Positions 29,387 through 41,135 are shown, counted from the stretch's first letter. The stretch is 64,000 nucleotides of DNA from Trueperaceae bacterium (GCA_965213705.1 OZ243913.1:448001-512000); one strand, 5' to 3'. Made by a program: numbers and translations. The notes: generated by a model not told the origin, from the letters alone.

Positions 29387-30973
29387 TCATCGGGACAATA
29401 CCCTTTCGGCGACGCGCTGCAACAGCTCGGGCAAGGTTTCGAACGCGTAGGGTGCGTGGACGCGCTCGAGCCGCTGGTGGTAGTCGTGTCCCCACGGGCC
29501 TAAGTTTACAACCGGGCAGGGTGCCGGGGATGCGGTTTCGACTCGGGCGAAGGGCGTGTGTGCAGCTACGAAGGCTCGAGCCGCCGCGTCGTCCGAAGGA
29601 CTGAAAAAGCTCATGTCGGAGATGCCGTCGAAAAAAGGGCGCACGGCGACGCCGACCTGTTCGACTTCGCGCTTTAGAAGCTCTACGACCTCCCCATGCC
29701 GCTCGCGGTTCACCTCCGAGCGAGGATAGTAGGGCGGCGCGAAACCGACGACGGCGGCGGGTCCGTCAAGACCAACCAAATGCACCAACGCCTGTGCGAC
29801 GGCGTTGCAGCGCTCCACAATCTCGGCACCGGGAAGGGTGTCGCGGAGAACGCGCTCGGTCGCGGCCTCGTCCAGAGACCGAGCGCGTTCCAGCAGCATC
29901 TCGAAAGTCAACACCGTCGGTGACCAAACCGTCGGTGACCAGGGCGGTATATTCGCCTCGGTTCCGCTGCGCTGCGCGTGCTCGGCGTGGCGCTCGTTCA
30001 AAAGAGCGAGGCACCGCGCCAAGCTCTCCCCGGCGAGTGTTTCGAACCCGGCTAAAACCTCACTCGGCGAGCGGTGGTGGGTGAGCACGTTCACGGCGCA
30101 AAACGCCGTGGTGGGCGTGGTCACGTCGTAGTGGGAGCGGTTGTCGCGCTGGTAGAGTACGCTCGGCGGGGCCGGGTAAGCGGCTCGTCCCGCGGCGTCG
30201 CCGTAAGCTGGATTGGCTTCGATGTGCGTCGCAAAGTCGGCTGCTAAAAGTGCCGGGTTGACGCCGCCGAAGGGCGCGCCCACGTGGGTGGGGCGGCCGA
30301 CGAACAACACGAACGGGAGCAGCTTGCCCACGCTGCCTAAAAACAGCGCCGGTTCGGCGGACACGTCCAAGTTGACGGCCAGCTCGAGCCTCAACTCCCG
30401 CTCCCGGCATACCCCCGGCAACTGCCGCACGACCGAGCGCATCCCGTGCGAGGCGACCTCCTCGTCGGGAACGGCGACGAACAGCAGGTTGCCCGGCCGC
30501 TCGGCACGCTCGCTCCAGGCGTGCAACACGCCGAGTCCGGCGGCCAGTCCACTTTTCATGTCGAGTAACCCGCGGCCCGGCAAAAAGTCGGTCTCGAGTT
30601 GCTGTAAAACCTCGTCTTCCTCGCCCCGGCTCGCCGTGCGCAATTCTTTCAAAAGCGCCGCGCGCAGCGCTTCGGGGTTGCAAGCGAGGGGCTCGAGGGG
30701 TCCATAATTTTCCGTACTCACCGTGTCGTAGTGGCCGGTTAAAAGGAGAGTTTGCGGCCCGTCCCCCCGCACCAGCGCGAACAGGCTGTAGCGCTGGTGC
30801 GGGTCGTCCAAGGTGCGCTCTAACCACAAGTTTTCGGGGTGCGCTTGAAGAACGGGCCATCCTGACAAGAGTTTTTTCAAAAACGGCGCGAAGTCGCGTT
30901 CGCCCGGTGTGCCGGTGACGCTTTTGAAGGCGGTAAGCTGAAGGGCTAGAGCCTTTACGGCGTTAGGATGCAC
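29387..30973 (-). CDS. M20-family metallohydrolase (RocB-like)
   Basis: GHYDTV, GRGLLDMKSG, PDEE, GISDMSF, NLGPWGHDYHQRLERV motifs. Confidence 0.8.
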   Translation of the reverse strand: MHPNAVKALALQLTAFKSVTGTPGERDFAPFLKKLLSGWPVLQAHPENLWLERTLDDPHQRYSLFALVRGDGPQTLLLTGHYDTVSTENYGPLEPLACNPEALRAALLKELRTASRGEEDEVLQQLETDFLPGRGLLDMKSGLAAGLGVLHAWSERAERPGNLLFVAVPDEEVASHGMRSVVRQLPGVCRERELRLELAVNLDVSAEPALFLGSVGKLLPFVLFVGRPTHVGAPFGGVNPALLAADFATHIEANPAYGDAAGRAAYPAPPSVLYQRDNRSHYDVTTPTTAFCAVNVLTHHRSPSEVLAGFETLAGESLARCLALLNERHAEHAQRSGTEANIPPWSPTVWSPTVLTFEMLLERARSLDEAATERVLRDTLPGAEIVERCNAVAQALVHLVGLDGPAAVVGFAPPYYPRSEVNRERHGEVVELLKREVEQVGVAVRPFFDGISDMSFFSPSDDAAARAFVAAHTPFARVETASPAPCPVVNLGPWGHDYHQRLERVHAPYAFETLPELLQRVAERVLSR

Positions 30974-31047
30974 GGGACATCCTAGCTGTTTACGACCAGG
31001 CTTGTGCTGGATGAGATTTCTTGAAGGCCCTTTTTAAGCTCGAGCCC

Positions 31048-31446
31048 TCACTCCAACACCTGAAATAACGGGTGCTTACTCGCTCTCCGGTCGAACGTAA
31101 CCGTCGTTTTGCAGCCCTCTTGTTGATTTTTGTGTCCAATTAAGTAGTCTGCGTAGTCAGCGTTTCCCACTTCGAAATCTCGTAAGGCTGCCCAGGCGAC
31201 ATCCGGAGTTTCGACGGTAAACTCGGCGGTGCTGAGCACCTGCTTGAGCACTTCGGCAACCGTGCCTTTTGGGTAGTGGTAGGCGTAGCGCAGCACCCAA
31301 ACAAGCTCGCACAAGACGACGTGGTTGACGTAACCGGGCGTTTCTTTGGTACAGGATGTTTCTAAAAAGGCTGTGGCGACAGGCGTTTGCTCGGGGTCGT
31401 CCTGCGCGATGTAGCGCGCTAAAACATTCGTATCAAGACCGGTCAA
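31048..31446 (-). CDS. vapC: PIN-domain toxin (VapC)
   Basis: LDTNVL, LCELVWVL, DYADYL, TFD. Confidence 0.9.
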   Translation of the reverse strand: MTGLDTNVLARYIAQDDPEQTPVATAFLETSCTKETPGYVNHVVLCELVWVLRYAYHYPKGTVAEVLKQVLSTAEFTVETPDVAWAALRDFEVGNADYADYLIGHKNQQEGCKTTVTFDRRASKHPLFQVLE

Positions 31447-31672
31447 AACCGGCCTCTCGAATAGCTCTGTCCATCTCTTCCAAACTCACGGGTTTGTTCG
31501 GTTTGGGAACCATGCCTTTGAGTTTTGTGAGTGAAGACGTAACCGGGAAGAGTTCGACGGAACCGTTTTCGTGAACAAGAAACTTGAGTTTGTCCCCCGC
31601 CTTTAACCTCAGCTTTTCCCGCACCTTTTTGGGAAGAGTGATTTGACCCTTGCTTGTCAGAGTAGCAATCAT
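31433..31672 (-). CDS. AbrB/MazE-type antitoxin
   Basis: TLTSKGQITLPKKVREKLRLKAGD. Confidence 0.9.
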   Translation of the reverse strand: MIATLTSKGQITLPKKVREKLRLKAGDKLKFLVHENGSVELFPVTSSLTKLKGMVPKPNKPVSLEEMDRAIREAGFDRS

Positions 31673-31782
31673 TCCTTACTATAGCCCTTTTCCCTTACAT
31701 AAGGGTAAGAAGGTTTTCAAACGGCCTTGCAACTCCGGCTCGAGACTTGTGCCCGACGAAGTTTCCGGCGTACAATGTACAC

Positions 31783-32028
31783 ATGGCACGTTACACCGCA
31801 ACCGACGCCCGCCGACATTTCTTCCAACTGCTCGACGCTGCCGAAAGGGGTGAGCAGGTTGTTTTGGAACGCCACGGCGTCCGCTTCAAACTTGTTTTGG
31901 AAGGGGCTGAAGGTGTCGAAACACCCGCAGCCGTTTTGATTGTGAACGACCCCGAAGTCCTGCAAGGCGATTGGACTTGGACGAGCGATAAACAGGGCCA
32001 GCTCCAGTTTCAAGCTCGAGAAGGGTGA
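31783..32028 (+). CDS. Phd/YefM-type antitoxin
   Basis: MARYTATDARRHFFQLLDAAERGEQVVLERHG; TACAAT -10 just upstream (leaderless). Confidence 0.82.
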   Translation: MARYTATDARRHFFQLLDAAERGEQVVLERHGVRFKLVLEGAEGVETPAAVLIVNDPEVLQGDWTWTSDKQGQLQFQAREG

Positions 32029-32396
32029 TTTTACTCGACACGAACGCAGTCATCTGGCTGCTGCACGGACACCGCCGCACGCAAGCCCTAGCCGCAAGCG
32101 GCGAGCGACTTTATCTATCGCCTGTTTCAGTGCTCGAGCTTCAGTTCCTCATCGAAGTGGGGCGAATGCAACTCGCTAAAGACAAAACGCTTCAAGACGT
32201 AGCCAACGACCCGCGCTGGCAACTCGACAGCCCGCCCTCAGACGCCCTGTTCAGCGCTGCTTTGGGCTTGAGTCGGACTCGAGACCCCTTCGACCGCCTC
32301 CTCGTCGCTCACGCTCAGCATCGCCGCTGGACACTGGCGACGGGGGACGGGCAGCTCAAAACTCAGTTGTCGGCGGGGGCGGTCTATGCGTTGTAG
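32025..32396 (+). CDS. vapC: PIN-domain toxin (VapC)
   Basis: LLDTN, SPVSVLE, RDPFDRLL, LATGD. Confidence 0.9.
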   Translation: MILLDTNAVIWLLHGHRRTQALAASGERLYLSPVSVLELQFLIEVGRMQLAKDKTLQDVANDPRWQLDSPPSDALFSAALGLSRTRDPFDRLLVAHAQHRRWTLATGDGQLKTQLSAGAVYAL

Positions 32397-32417
32397 AACA
32401 CGCGTTATAAAACACGT

Positions 32418-33050
32418 TTATAAAATCTCCAGCACCCCCCGCACGTCTTTGACATCCACAGCGTAGTCGGCCGCCTCTTTGAGGATGGGCTTGGCGCAAA
32501 AGGCGATTTTGAGACCCGCGTGCTCGAACAGGCTGAGGTCGTTCGCGCCGTCACCGACGGCCACCGTGTTTTCTTTGGAGATGTTCAAGAGTCTTTGCAA
32601 CCGGGCCAGCATCTGCCCTTTGGCGTCGCTCGTCATCATCTCGCCGCCTACCAAGCCGCTGAGCGCGCCGTCCTTTATGTGCAGAAAGTTGGCGAAGTCG
32701 GCGTCCGCGCCCAAAACCTCGGCGTGGTGCCGCGTCGCCTCGCGAAAGCCGCCCGAGAAAATCACCACGCGGTAGCCTTTTTGTTTGAGGTCTCGGACTG
32801 TTTCTAGCGCGCCCGACATCAGCGGCAGGGTGCGGCACAGCTCGAGCACCCGCTCGTAGTCCAAACCCTTCAAGAGCAGCACCCGCCTCGTCAAAGCCTC
32901 GAAAAAGTCCAGCTCGCCCCGCATCGCGGCTTCGGTGATGGTGGCAATCTCTGGCCCTTTGCCCGCTGCCGCGCCCAGCACGTCGATGGTCTCGCCGTCC
33001 ATCAGGGTCGAGTCGAAGTCGAAGGCGCAGAGTTTTTCGTTCATGGACAC
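32418..33050 (-). CDS. serB: Phosphoserine phosphatase
   Basis: FDFDST, AMRGELDF, SGGF, VGDGANDL HAD motifs. Confidence 0.92.
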   Translation of the reverse strand: MSMNEKLCAFDFDSTLMDGETIDVLGAAAGKGPEIATITEAAMRGELDFFEALTRRVLLLKGLDYERVLELCRTLPLMSGALETVRDLKQKGYRVVIFSGGFREATRHHAEVLGADADFANFLHIKDGALSGLVGGEMMTSDAKGQMLARLQRLLNISKENTVAVGDGANDLSLFEHAGLKIAFCAKPILKEAADYAVDVKDVRGVLEIL

Positions 33051-33094
33051 TATTGTACGCGGCTTGCAGCCCCAGGAAGAGGGTAAACTCGCTC

Positions 33095-34084
33095 ATGGCA
33101 CAAACCATCCGCTGGGGCATCTTGAGCACGGGCAATATCGCGCACCAGTTCGCCAAGGGCTTGAGCGACTTGCCCAACACGGAGCTTGTCGCGGTCGGCT
33201 CGCGCTCGCAAAAGTCGGCGGACGCCTTTGGCGACGAGTTCGGCGTCCGCAACCGGCACCCCAGCTACGAAGCCCTCGCCGCCGACCCCGAGGTGGACGC
33301 GGTCTACGTCGGCACGCCGCACCCGTTCCACAGGGACAACACGCTGCTGTGTTTGGCGGCGGGCAAAGCGGTGTTGTGCGAAAAACCGTTTGCCCTGAAC
33401 CTGGCCCAGGCGCGTGAGATGGTCGCGGCGGCGCGCGCCCACAAAACCTTTTTGATGGAGGCCATGTGGACGCGCTTTTTGCCGCACATGGTCAAACTGC
33501 GCGAGTTGCTTGCCGAGGGCGCTGTCGGCGAAGTGCGGCTGCTCCAGGCCGATTTCGGCTTTCGCACGTCGTTCGACCCCGCGCACCGACTGTTCGACCC
33601 GGCGCTCGGCGGCGGCGCGCTGCTCGACATCGGGGTGTATCCGGTAAGTTTCGCTCACGCGCTGTTCGGGCCGCCCGCGGAGATAAAAAGTTTCGGCAAC
33701 TTGGGCGCGACGGGCGTGGACGAAGAAGCGGCTCTTTTGTTGCGGCACGAACAGGGGCAACTCGCTTTGCTCGCCACCGCGACGCGGTTGCAAACGCCGC
33801 ACTTAGCTGTTCTGAACGGCACCTCGGGGCGCATCGAACTGAAAAACTGGTGGTATCCCACAGACCTGACCTTGTACCGCGACGGCCTCGAGCCCGAAAC
33901 CATTACCGTGCCTTGTCTCCTGAACGGTTACAGCTACGAGGCCATGGAGGTCAACGCGTGTCTGCGCGACGGGCGGCTCGAGTCCGACCTGCTGCCGTTG
34001 AGCGAAACCCTTGAGATTATGACCACGCTCGACGCGGTGCGCGCGCAGTGGGGTTTGCGCTATCCAAGCGAGGAAAAAGCTTAG
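33095..34084 (+). CDS. Gfo/Idh/MocA oxidoreductase (dihydrodiol/xylose dehydrogenase-like)
   Basis: IRWGILSTGNIA, LCEKP, MEAMWTRF, GGGALLDIGVY. Confidence 0.92.
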   Translation: MAQTIRWGILSTGNIAHQFAKGLSDLPNTELVAVGSRSQKSADAFGDEFGVRNRHPSYEALAADPEVDAVYVGTPHPFHRDNTLLCLAAGKAVLCEKPFALNLAQAREMVAAARAHKTFLMEAMWTRFLPHMVKLRELLAEGAVGEVRLLQADFGFRTSFDPAHRLFDPALGGGALLDIGVYPVSFAHALFGPPAEIKSFGNLGATGVDEEAALLLRHEQGQLALLATATRLQTPHLAVLNGTSGRIELKNWWYPTDLTLYRDGLEPETITVPCLLNGYSYEAMEVNACLRDGRLESDLLPLSETLEIMTTLDAVRAQWGLRYPSEEKA

Positions 34085-34223
34085 AGCACAATCCCTGGGG
34101 TGAGGTGTACGCCCTTCCCTCAAACCGACACGCGTCACGGTTAAACCCGCCTGAAAAATGTAAAGTATTTCACACGACGGTTGTGGAGCGTTTTCTACAG
34201 CATTTTCTCAGGAGGTTGACACC

Positions 34224-34448
34224 ATGAGCGGCGGGCGGCAGGTTTTGCGAGGCGTTATCTATCTACTTTTGCTCGTTACTTTTTTTCTGGGCTGGCCTAG
34301 CTTTCACTATACGGTCGCGCTGATGATAGCCGTCATCATCCGCTACAAAGACGAACCCGCGGCTCTGTTCGCGTCTGTAGAACACCCGTTTCGGCCGACG
34401 CGAAAGGGGCTGCTCGAGTCCCTACCCGCCCGCGTGCGTGTCAAGTAA
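34224..34448 (+). CDS. Small hypothetical membrane protein
   Basis: Strong AGGAGG RBS; two hydrophobic segments. Confidence 0.55.
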   Translation: MSGGRQVLRGVIYLLLLVTFFLGWPSFHYTVALMIAVIIRYKDEPAALFASVEHPFRPTRKGLLESLPARVRVK

Positions 34449-34486
34449 AACCCGCTACCGAAACTAGCTGTCGACAGTCGTCTCGT

Positions 34487-34753
34487 TTAGATTTTGGGCT
34501 TGACGAGGACGTTGAAACCGCGACCGTCGGGTAGCGGCGTGATGTCGCCGACGGGTTCGAACAAACAGCCTGCAGACGACGGCCACGCTTCGGTGTGTTG
34601 CAAACGACGGGTGAGGTAACTTTTGTAGGTGTTGAAGGTCGCGGTTGGGGCGACCATCTTGTGTTCGAAGCGGTAAACCCCTTCCGACTCGGTTTTGCTG
34701 AGCTGACCGATGAGGCTGGCGAGTAAGATGGCCCCTTCGTTTACTGTGGGCAC
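34487..34753 (-). CDS. Small hypothetical protein
   Basis: GAGG RBS before GTG; 88 aa with protein-like composition; no recognised family. Confidence 0.45.
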   Translation of the reverse strand: MPTVNEGAILLASLIGQLSKTESEGVYRFEHKMVAPTATFNTYKSYLTRRLQHTEAWPSSAGCLFEPVGDITPLPDGRGFNVLVKPKI

Positions 34754-34985
34754 GGCGAAGCACCTCTTTCTTTTTTCATAAAAACCAGCTTAGCAACCGA
34801 GCCTTACAAAACTCTGACTCGCAACACCGAATGAAGGTTTTGTTAAGGCGCTCGTCCCGAGCCCGACTTCCAGCCTTTACGGTCCCGTCGTTCAGCGGCT
34901 GGTATGCACAAAAGCGAGTCGGTACACTGGGTCGAGACCGGCGCCGTGTTCGGAACCGTGCCGCTTCCATGACCAGGAGTCGACC

Positions 34986-35942
34986 GTGAGGATTTACCGC
35001 TTTGTGCTTCTTTTCGTCCTGACAGGCCACCTGTACGCGCAAACCTGTCCGCCGCCCAGTGACGCGCCCCTGCGCGTCGGTATTTTGCCGGTGCTGAACA
35101 CCCTGCCGGTTTTTGTCGCGCAGCAACAAGGTTTTTTCGACGCGGCCGGTATCCGGGTTGAACTCGTCCCCCTCGAGAGCGCCCGCGACCGCGCCATCGC
35201 CCTGCAGACCGGCCAAATCGACGTGGCGAACAGCGACGTGGTGGCGACCCTGCTGCAAGTCGCGGCGGGCGACAGCTTGAAAATTGTGCGTCACGACGCG
35301 CTCGCACCCGGCTACCGCTTTTTTTCCGTCGTGACCGGCGCGGGTAGCGGTTTAGACACGCCTGAAAAGCTCGTCGCCGCCTTGAGAGAAGACCGGGCGC
35401 AAATCGCCATTTCGACCAACACCGTCATCGAATACTTGGCGACGGCGCTGCTTGAAAGCGTCGGCTACGAGCCGCAGGCCAACGACTATATCGAGGTCAG
35501 CGCGATTCCGGTGCGGCTCGAGCAACTCGCCCAGGGCACCGTCCAGGCGGCGCTGCTGCCCGAGCCGCTGACCACCCTGGCGACCGAGGTGCAGGGCGGC
35601 ACGGCCGTGCTGGACGACAGCGCCCTGGGGTTCGTGCCCGTCGCGCTGAGCGTGACGCAGGCGGCGCTGGACGGACGCCCCGGCGACGTGTGCGCGTTTT
35701 TGCAGGCCTACGACCGGGCGGTCCAGGCCGTCAACGCCGACCCTGAAACGTTCCGGCAAAACGCGCTGCGCGTACCCGACCCGGTGCGCGCCACTTACGT
35801 CGTGCCTAAGTTCGAATCCTCCCGCGTGCCCGCGCCGGAGGAACTTCGAGAGGTCGAAGCCTGGATGTTGAAAACGGGTTTGCTCGAGACCGAAATTCCC
35901 TACGAGGACGTGGTCGACGGTCAATTCGTTCCGAGCCGGTGA
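34986..35942 (+). CDS. NMT1/SsuA-like ABC substrate-binding protein
   Basis: Signal peptide; LRVGILP..LPVFVAQQQGFF; AALLPEPL. Confidence 0.82.
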   Translation: MRIYRFVLLFVLTGHLYAQTCPPPSDAPLRVGILPVLNTLPVFVAQQQGFFDAAGIRVELVPLESARDRAIALQTGQIDVANSDVVATLLQVAAGDSLKIVRHDALAPGYRFFSVVTGAGSGLDTPEKLVAALREDRAQIAISTNTVIEYLATALLESVGYEPQANDYIEVSAIPVRLEQLAQGTVQAALLPEPLTTLATEVQGGTAVLDDSALGFVPVALSVTQAALDGRPGDVCAFLQAYDRAVQAVNADPETFRQNALRVPDPVRATYVVPKFESSRVPAPEELREVEAWMLKTGLLETEIPYEDVVDGQFVPSR

Positions 35943-35966
35943 CGAAGTATCAAACCTGACTTTCTG

Positions 35967-36749
35967 GTGAGTGAGGCTCCACCAAAGGCCGAGACGACAC
36001 CTCTTTTGCTGTTCGAAAACGTCACCTTCGGCTACGACCCGGTCAAACCGATTCTTGAACGCTTCACTTGGCAGGTGAATCAGGGTGAAGTTTGGGCGCT
36101 GCTGGGGCCGTCGGGCTCGGGCAAGACGACGCTGCTGCACCTGGCCGCTGGGTTGCGTCGCCCCGCCGCGGGGCGAGTTTTGCTGGACGGTCAGCCGGTT
36201 ACTAAACCGCGTCAAGACGTCGGCCTGATGCTGCAAAGTTACGGCCTCTTGCCCTGGTACAGCGCTGCGCGCAACGTGCAGGTCGGCCTCGAGATTCGGG
36301 GTTTGAACAAGCGGGAGGCCGCGCGGCGCGGCGACGCGTGGCTGGAGCGGCTCGAGCTTGTGGGGGTCGCCGGGCAATACCCCGGCCAACTCTCGGGCGG
36401 GCAGCGGCAGCGGGTGGCGTTGGCGCGGGTGCTGGCCCTGGAGTCGCGCCTGCTGCTCCTCGACGAGCCGCTCTCAGCAGTGGACGAGCTGGGGCGCGAA
36501 CGCCTGCAACGGCGCCTGTTCGCACTCAGTCGAGAAACGCAAACGACAACCCTGCTCGTCACCCACAGCGTCGAGGAGGCCGCGCTGCTCGCCGACCACG
36601 TCCTGCTCATCAGCGACCACGCGCCCATCCGGCGTTACGACGTGCTCACGCCCACTTTCAAAGAGGCCGCCGAGGTGATGCCGCGCCGCGACGACCCGGC
36701 GTTCATCCACTTCTGCCAGACCGTGCGCGCCAGGGTGGGTTTAGCATGA
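35967..36749 (+). CDS. ABC ATP-binding protein (TauB/SsuB-like)
   Basis: GPSGSGKT, LSGGQRQR, LLDEP, VTHSVEEA. Confidence 0.92.
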   Translation: MSEAPPKAETTPLLLFENVTFGYDPVKPILERFTWQVNQGEVWALLGPSGSGKTTLLHLAAGLRRPAAGRVLLDGQPVTKPRQDVGLMLQSYGLLPWYSAARNVQVGLEIRGLNKREAARRGDAWLERLELVGVAGQYPGQLSGGQRQRVALARVLALESRLLLLDEPLSAVDELGRERLQRRLFALSRETQTTTLLVTHSVEEAALLADHVLLISDHAPIRRYDVLTPTFKEAAEVMPRRDDPAFIHFCQTVRARVGLA

Positions 36750-37492
36750 GGTTGGACCGGCGCACCATTCTCCTCCTGGACATCGCGCTTTTGCTGTTGG
36801 TTTGGTTTGCGGCGGCACAACTTCTCGACAAGAATTACCTGCCCGGCCCCGGCAAGGTCGTGGCTACGTTCGCGCTCGAGCTGCAAGGCGGCTTGCTGCG
36901 GCACGTCTGGGTAAGCACTTGGCGCGTGTTGGTAAGTGTCGCGCTGGGCGGTCTCGTCGCCGCGCCGCTGGCGATTGCGGCGGCGGAGGGCAAAACCCTC
37001 GACCGCTTTTTGTCGCCGCTCATCTATTTTCTTTATCCGGTGCCGAAAATCGTCTTTTTGCCGATTATTATTCTCATCCTGGGGCTCGGCAACCCGTCGA
37101 TTATCTTTTTAATCGCGCTGGTGGTGTTTTTTCAAATTTACGTCATCGTCCGCGACGCGACGGCCGGGGTACCGCTCGAGACGGTCGACTCGGTCAACGC
37201 GCTCGGCGCGAGCCGCTGGCAGCGGTTGCGCTACGTGTACATCCCGGTGAGCTTGCCCGCCGTGGTCACCGCGCTCAAAGTCAGCGTCGGCACGGCGGTC
37301 GCGGTACTCTTTATCGCCGAAACCATCGGCAACAACGTGGGCTTGGGCTACTACATCGTCGTCGAGCAGTGGAACCGCTTTGCCTACGCGAAGGTGTACG
37401 CGGGCATCCTGGCGCTGAGCCTACTGGGGAGCGCGCTGTTTTCGGGCTTGAGTTGGCTCGAGCGGCGGCTGAACCGCTGGCAGCGGCGCTGA
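36746..37492 (+). CDS. ABC permease (TauC/SsuC-like)
   Basis: Start MRLDRR at 36746; YPVPKIVFLP, ALGAS, IAET..GLGY. Confidence 0.88.
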   Translation: MRLDRRTILLLDIALLLLVWFAAAQLLDKNYLPGPGKVVATFALELQGGLLRHVWVSTWRVLVSVALGGLVAAPLAIAAAEGKTLDRFLSPLIYFLYPVPKIVFLPIIILILGLGNPSIIFLIALVVFFQIYVIVRDATAGVPLETVDSVNALGASRWQRLRYVYIPVSLPAVVTALKVSVGTAVAVLFIAETIGNNVGLGYYIVVEQWNRFAYAKVYAGILALSLLGSALFSGLSWLERRLNRWQRR

Positions 37493-37556
37493 GCTGCCTC
37501 GTTGTAGGGTCAATGACTGACGTTAGGCTCACAGGTGCCGCCGAACTCGGTTGAGC

Positions 37557-37634
37557 TTAGAGGCCCGAACAGCCTGCGAAACCGAAGAAGATTAGTCCGA
37601 AGACGATGAGCAAAACAGCAAGAAGACTGATCAT
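37557..37634 (-). CDS. 25-aa small membrane protein (MISLLAVLLIVFGLIFFGFAGCSGL)
   Basis: AAGGAG RBS just upstream of ATG; TATAGT -10-like box further upstream; single hydrophobic helix. Below the ORF-track cutoff. Confidence 0.55.
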   Translation of the reverse strand: MISLLAVLLIVFGLIFFGFAGCSGL

Positions 37635-37775
37635 GTTCACTCCTTATCCATAGGCACTATAACTTTTGACGACGCGACTCGAGCTGCAAATACTCAAATT
37701 TGCAACTGCTCGAACCAACGGTGTGTGCGCTCGAGCTGCAGTCCGAAGCCTAGTCCGCTGCTATACTTTTTCGAC

Positions 37776-38690
37776 GTGACGGCCTCTTTTTCGCTGCGCC
37801 CCTGGCTCCTTGCCGCCCGGCCGAGAACGTTGCTCTTAGCGTTGGCGAACATCGGCATGGGGATTTTTTTGGCGGGCTCTACCGGGCAAGCAGATTTCGG
37901 CGTCGGGCTGCTGTGCCTGCTCACGGCGGCGCTGCTACAAATCTTGTCCAACGTGGCGAACGATTACGGCGACTCGGTTCACGGGGCGGACAGTCATGCA
38001 CGTGTGGGTCCGGCGCGGGCGGTGCAGAGCGGCTTGGTGAGTTCGGCGGCGATGAAAACCGCGGTCGGCGTGGTGGCGCTGCTGGCGGTGACGAGCGGCG
38101 TAGTGCTCGTGGTGCTGGCCTTTGGGCCGGAGCGCTTGTTACTCAGTTTAACGTTCATTGCCCTCGGCGGCGCGGCGGTGTGGGCGGCGGTCGCTTATAC
38201 CGCGACGCGCAACCCTTACGGCTACGTCGGGCTGGGCGACGCGATGGTGTTCGTTTTTTTCGGCCCCGTGGCGGTGCTCGGCAGCTACTACGCGCAAACG
38301 CAAAGCCTGAGTTGGGACCTGCTGCTGCCCGCCACGGCGAGCGGTTTGTTGGCGGTGGCGGTGCTGAACGTGAACAACCTGCGCGACTTAGAAAGCGACC
38401 GGCAGGCGGGCAAGCGCTCGGTGCCGGTGCGCGTCGGGGCGCGGGCGGGGCGGGTTTATCACCTGGCGCTGCTCGTCGGTAGCGCGGTTGCGGCGCTGCT
38501 TTACGTCTTTCTCAACTACGTTTCACCGTGGCAGTTTTTGTTCGTCCTCGCCCTGCCGCTGTTTGTACTGAACGCTGTGAGAGTGTGGCGGGGCAGAAAC
38601 GCGGCCGAACTCGACCCGCTGCTCAAGCAGATGTCGATTGCCACACTTGTCTTCACCCTACTGTTCGGGCTCGGCTTGGTGTTAGGCTGA
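37776..38690 (+). CDS. menA: 1,4-dihydroxy-2-naphthoate polyprenyltransferase
   Basis: AARPRTL, NVANDYGD..GAD, YGYVGLGD, NVNNLRD..SDRQAGKR; TATACT -10 shortly before GTG. Confidence 0.9.
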   Translation: MTASFSLRPWLLAARPRTLLLALANIGMGIFLAGSTGQADFGVGLLCLLTAALLQILSNVANDYGDSVHGADSHARVGPARAVQSGLVSSAAMKTAVGVVALLAVTSGVVLVVLAFGPERLLLSLTFIALGGAAVWAAVAYTATRNPYGYVGLGDAMVFVFFGPVAVLGSYYAQTQSLSWDLLLPATASGLLAVAVLNVNNLRDLESDRQAGKRSVPVRVGARAGRVYHLALLVGSAVAALLYVFLNYVSPWQFLFVLALPLFVLNAVRVWRGRNAAELDPLLKQMSIATLVFTLLFGLGLVLG

Positions 38691-38822
38691 CCCTGAAGTT
38701 GAGTCGAGTCTGAGGCTCGGCTTTGTCGGATTGACTTTGTCACTGACAAACCTGCCCGTTTGGACCATACTGAAATCAACTCTCTTTTCCTGTCAGCCCG
38801 CGCCCCGATGCGCCGAGGTTTT

Positions 38823-41009
<2,187 letters not shown>

Positions 41010-41135
41010 ACGCGCCCTGACACCTCTCTTGCAGCCGTTGCCCATACCGGTTTGGGGGTTCGCCTGTAAATTGCATGAGATGATTGTGTTTGTGACGCTC
41101 GAGGCTGGTTTGTTAGTCGCTTTAGCTCGCCTCTG

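Noticed and set aside
34798..34970. Known riboswitch (TPP, FMN, cobalamin, SAH, c-di-AMP) or definite 6S RNA
   Set aside because: Only fragmentary resemblance and core consensus elements are missing; kept only as an unassigned structured region.
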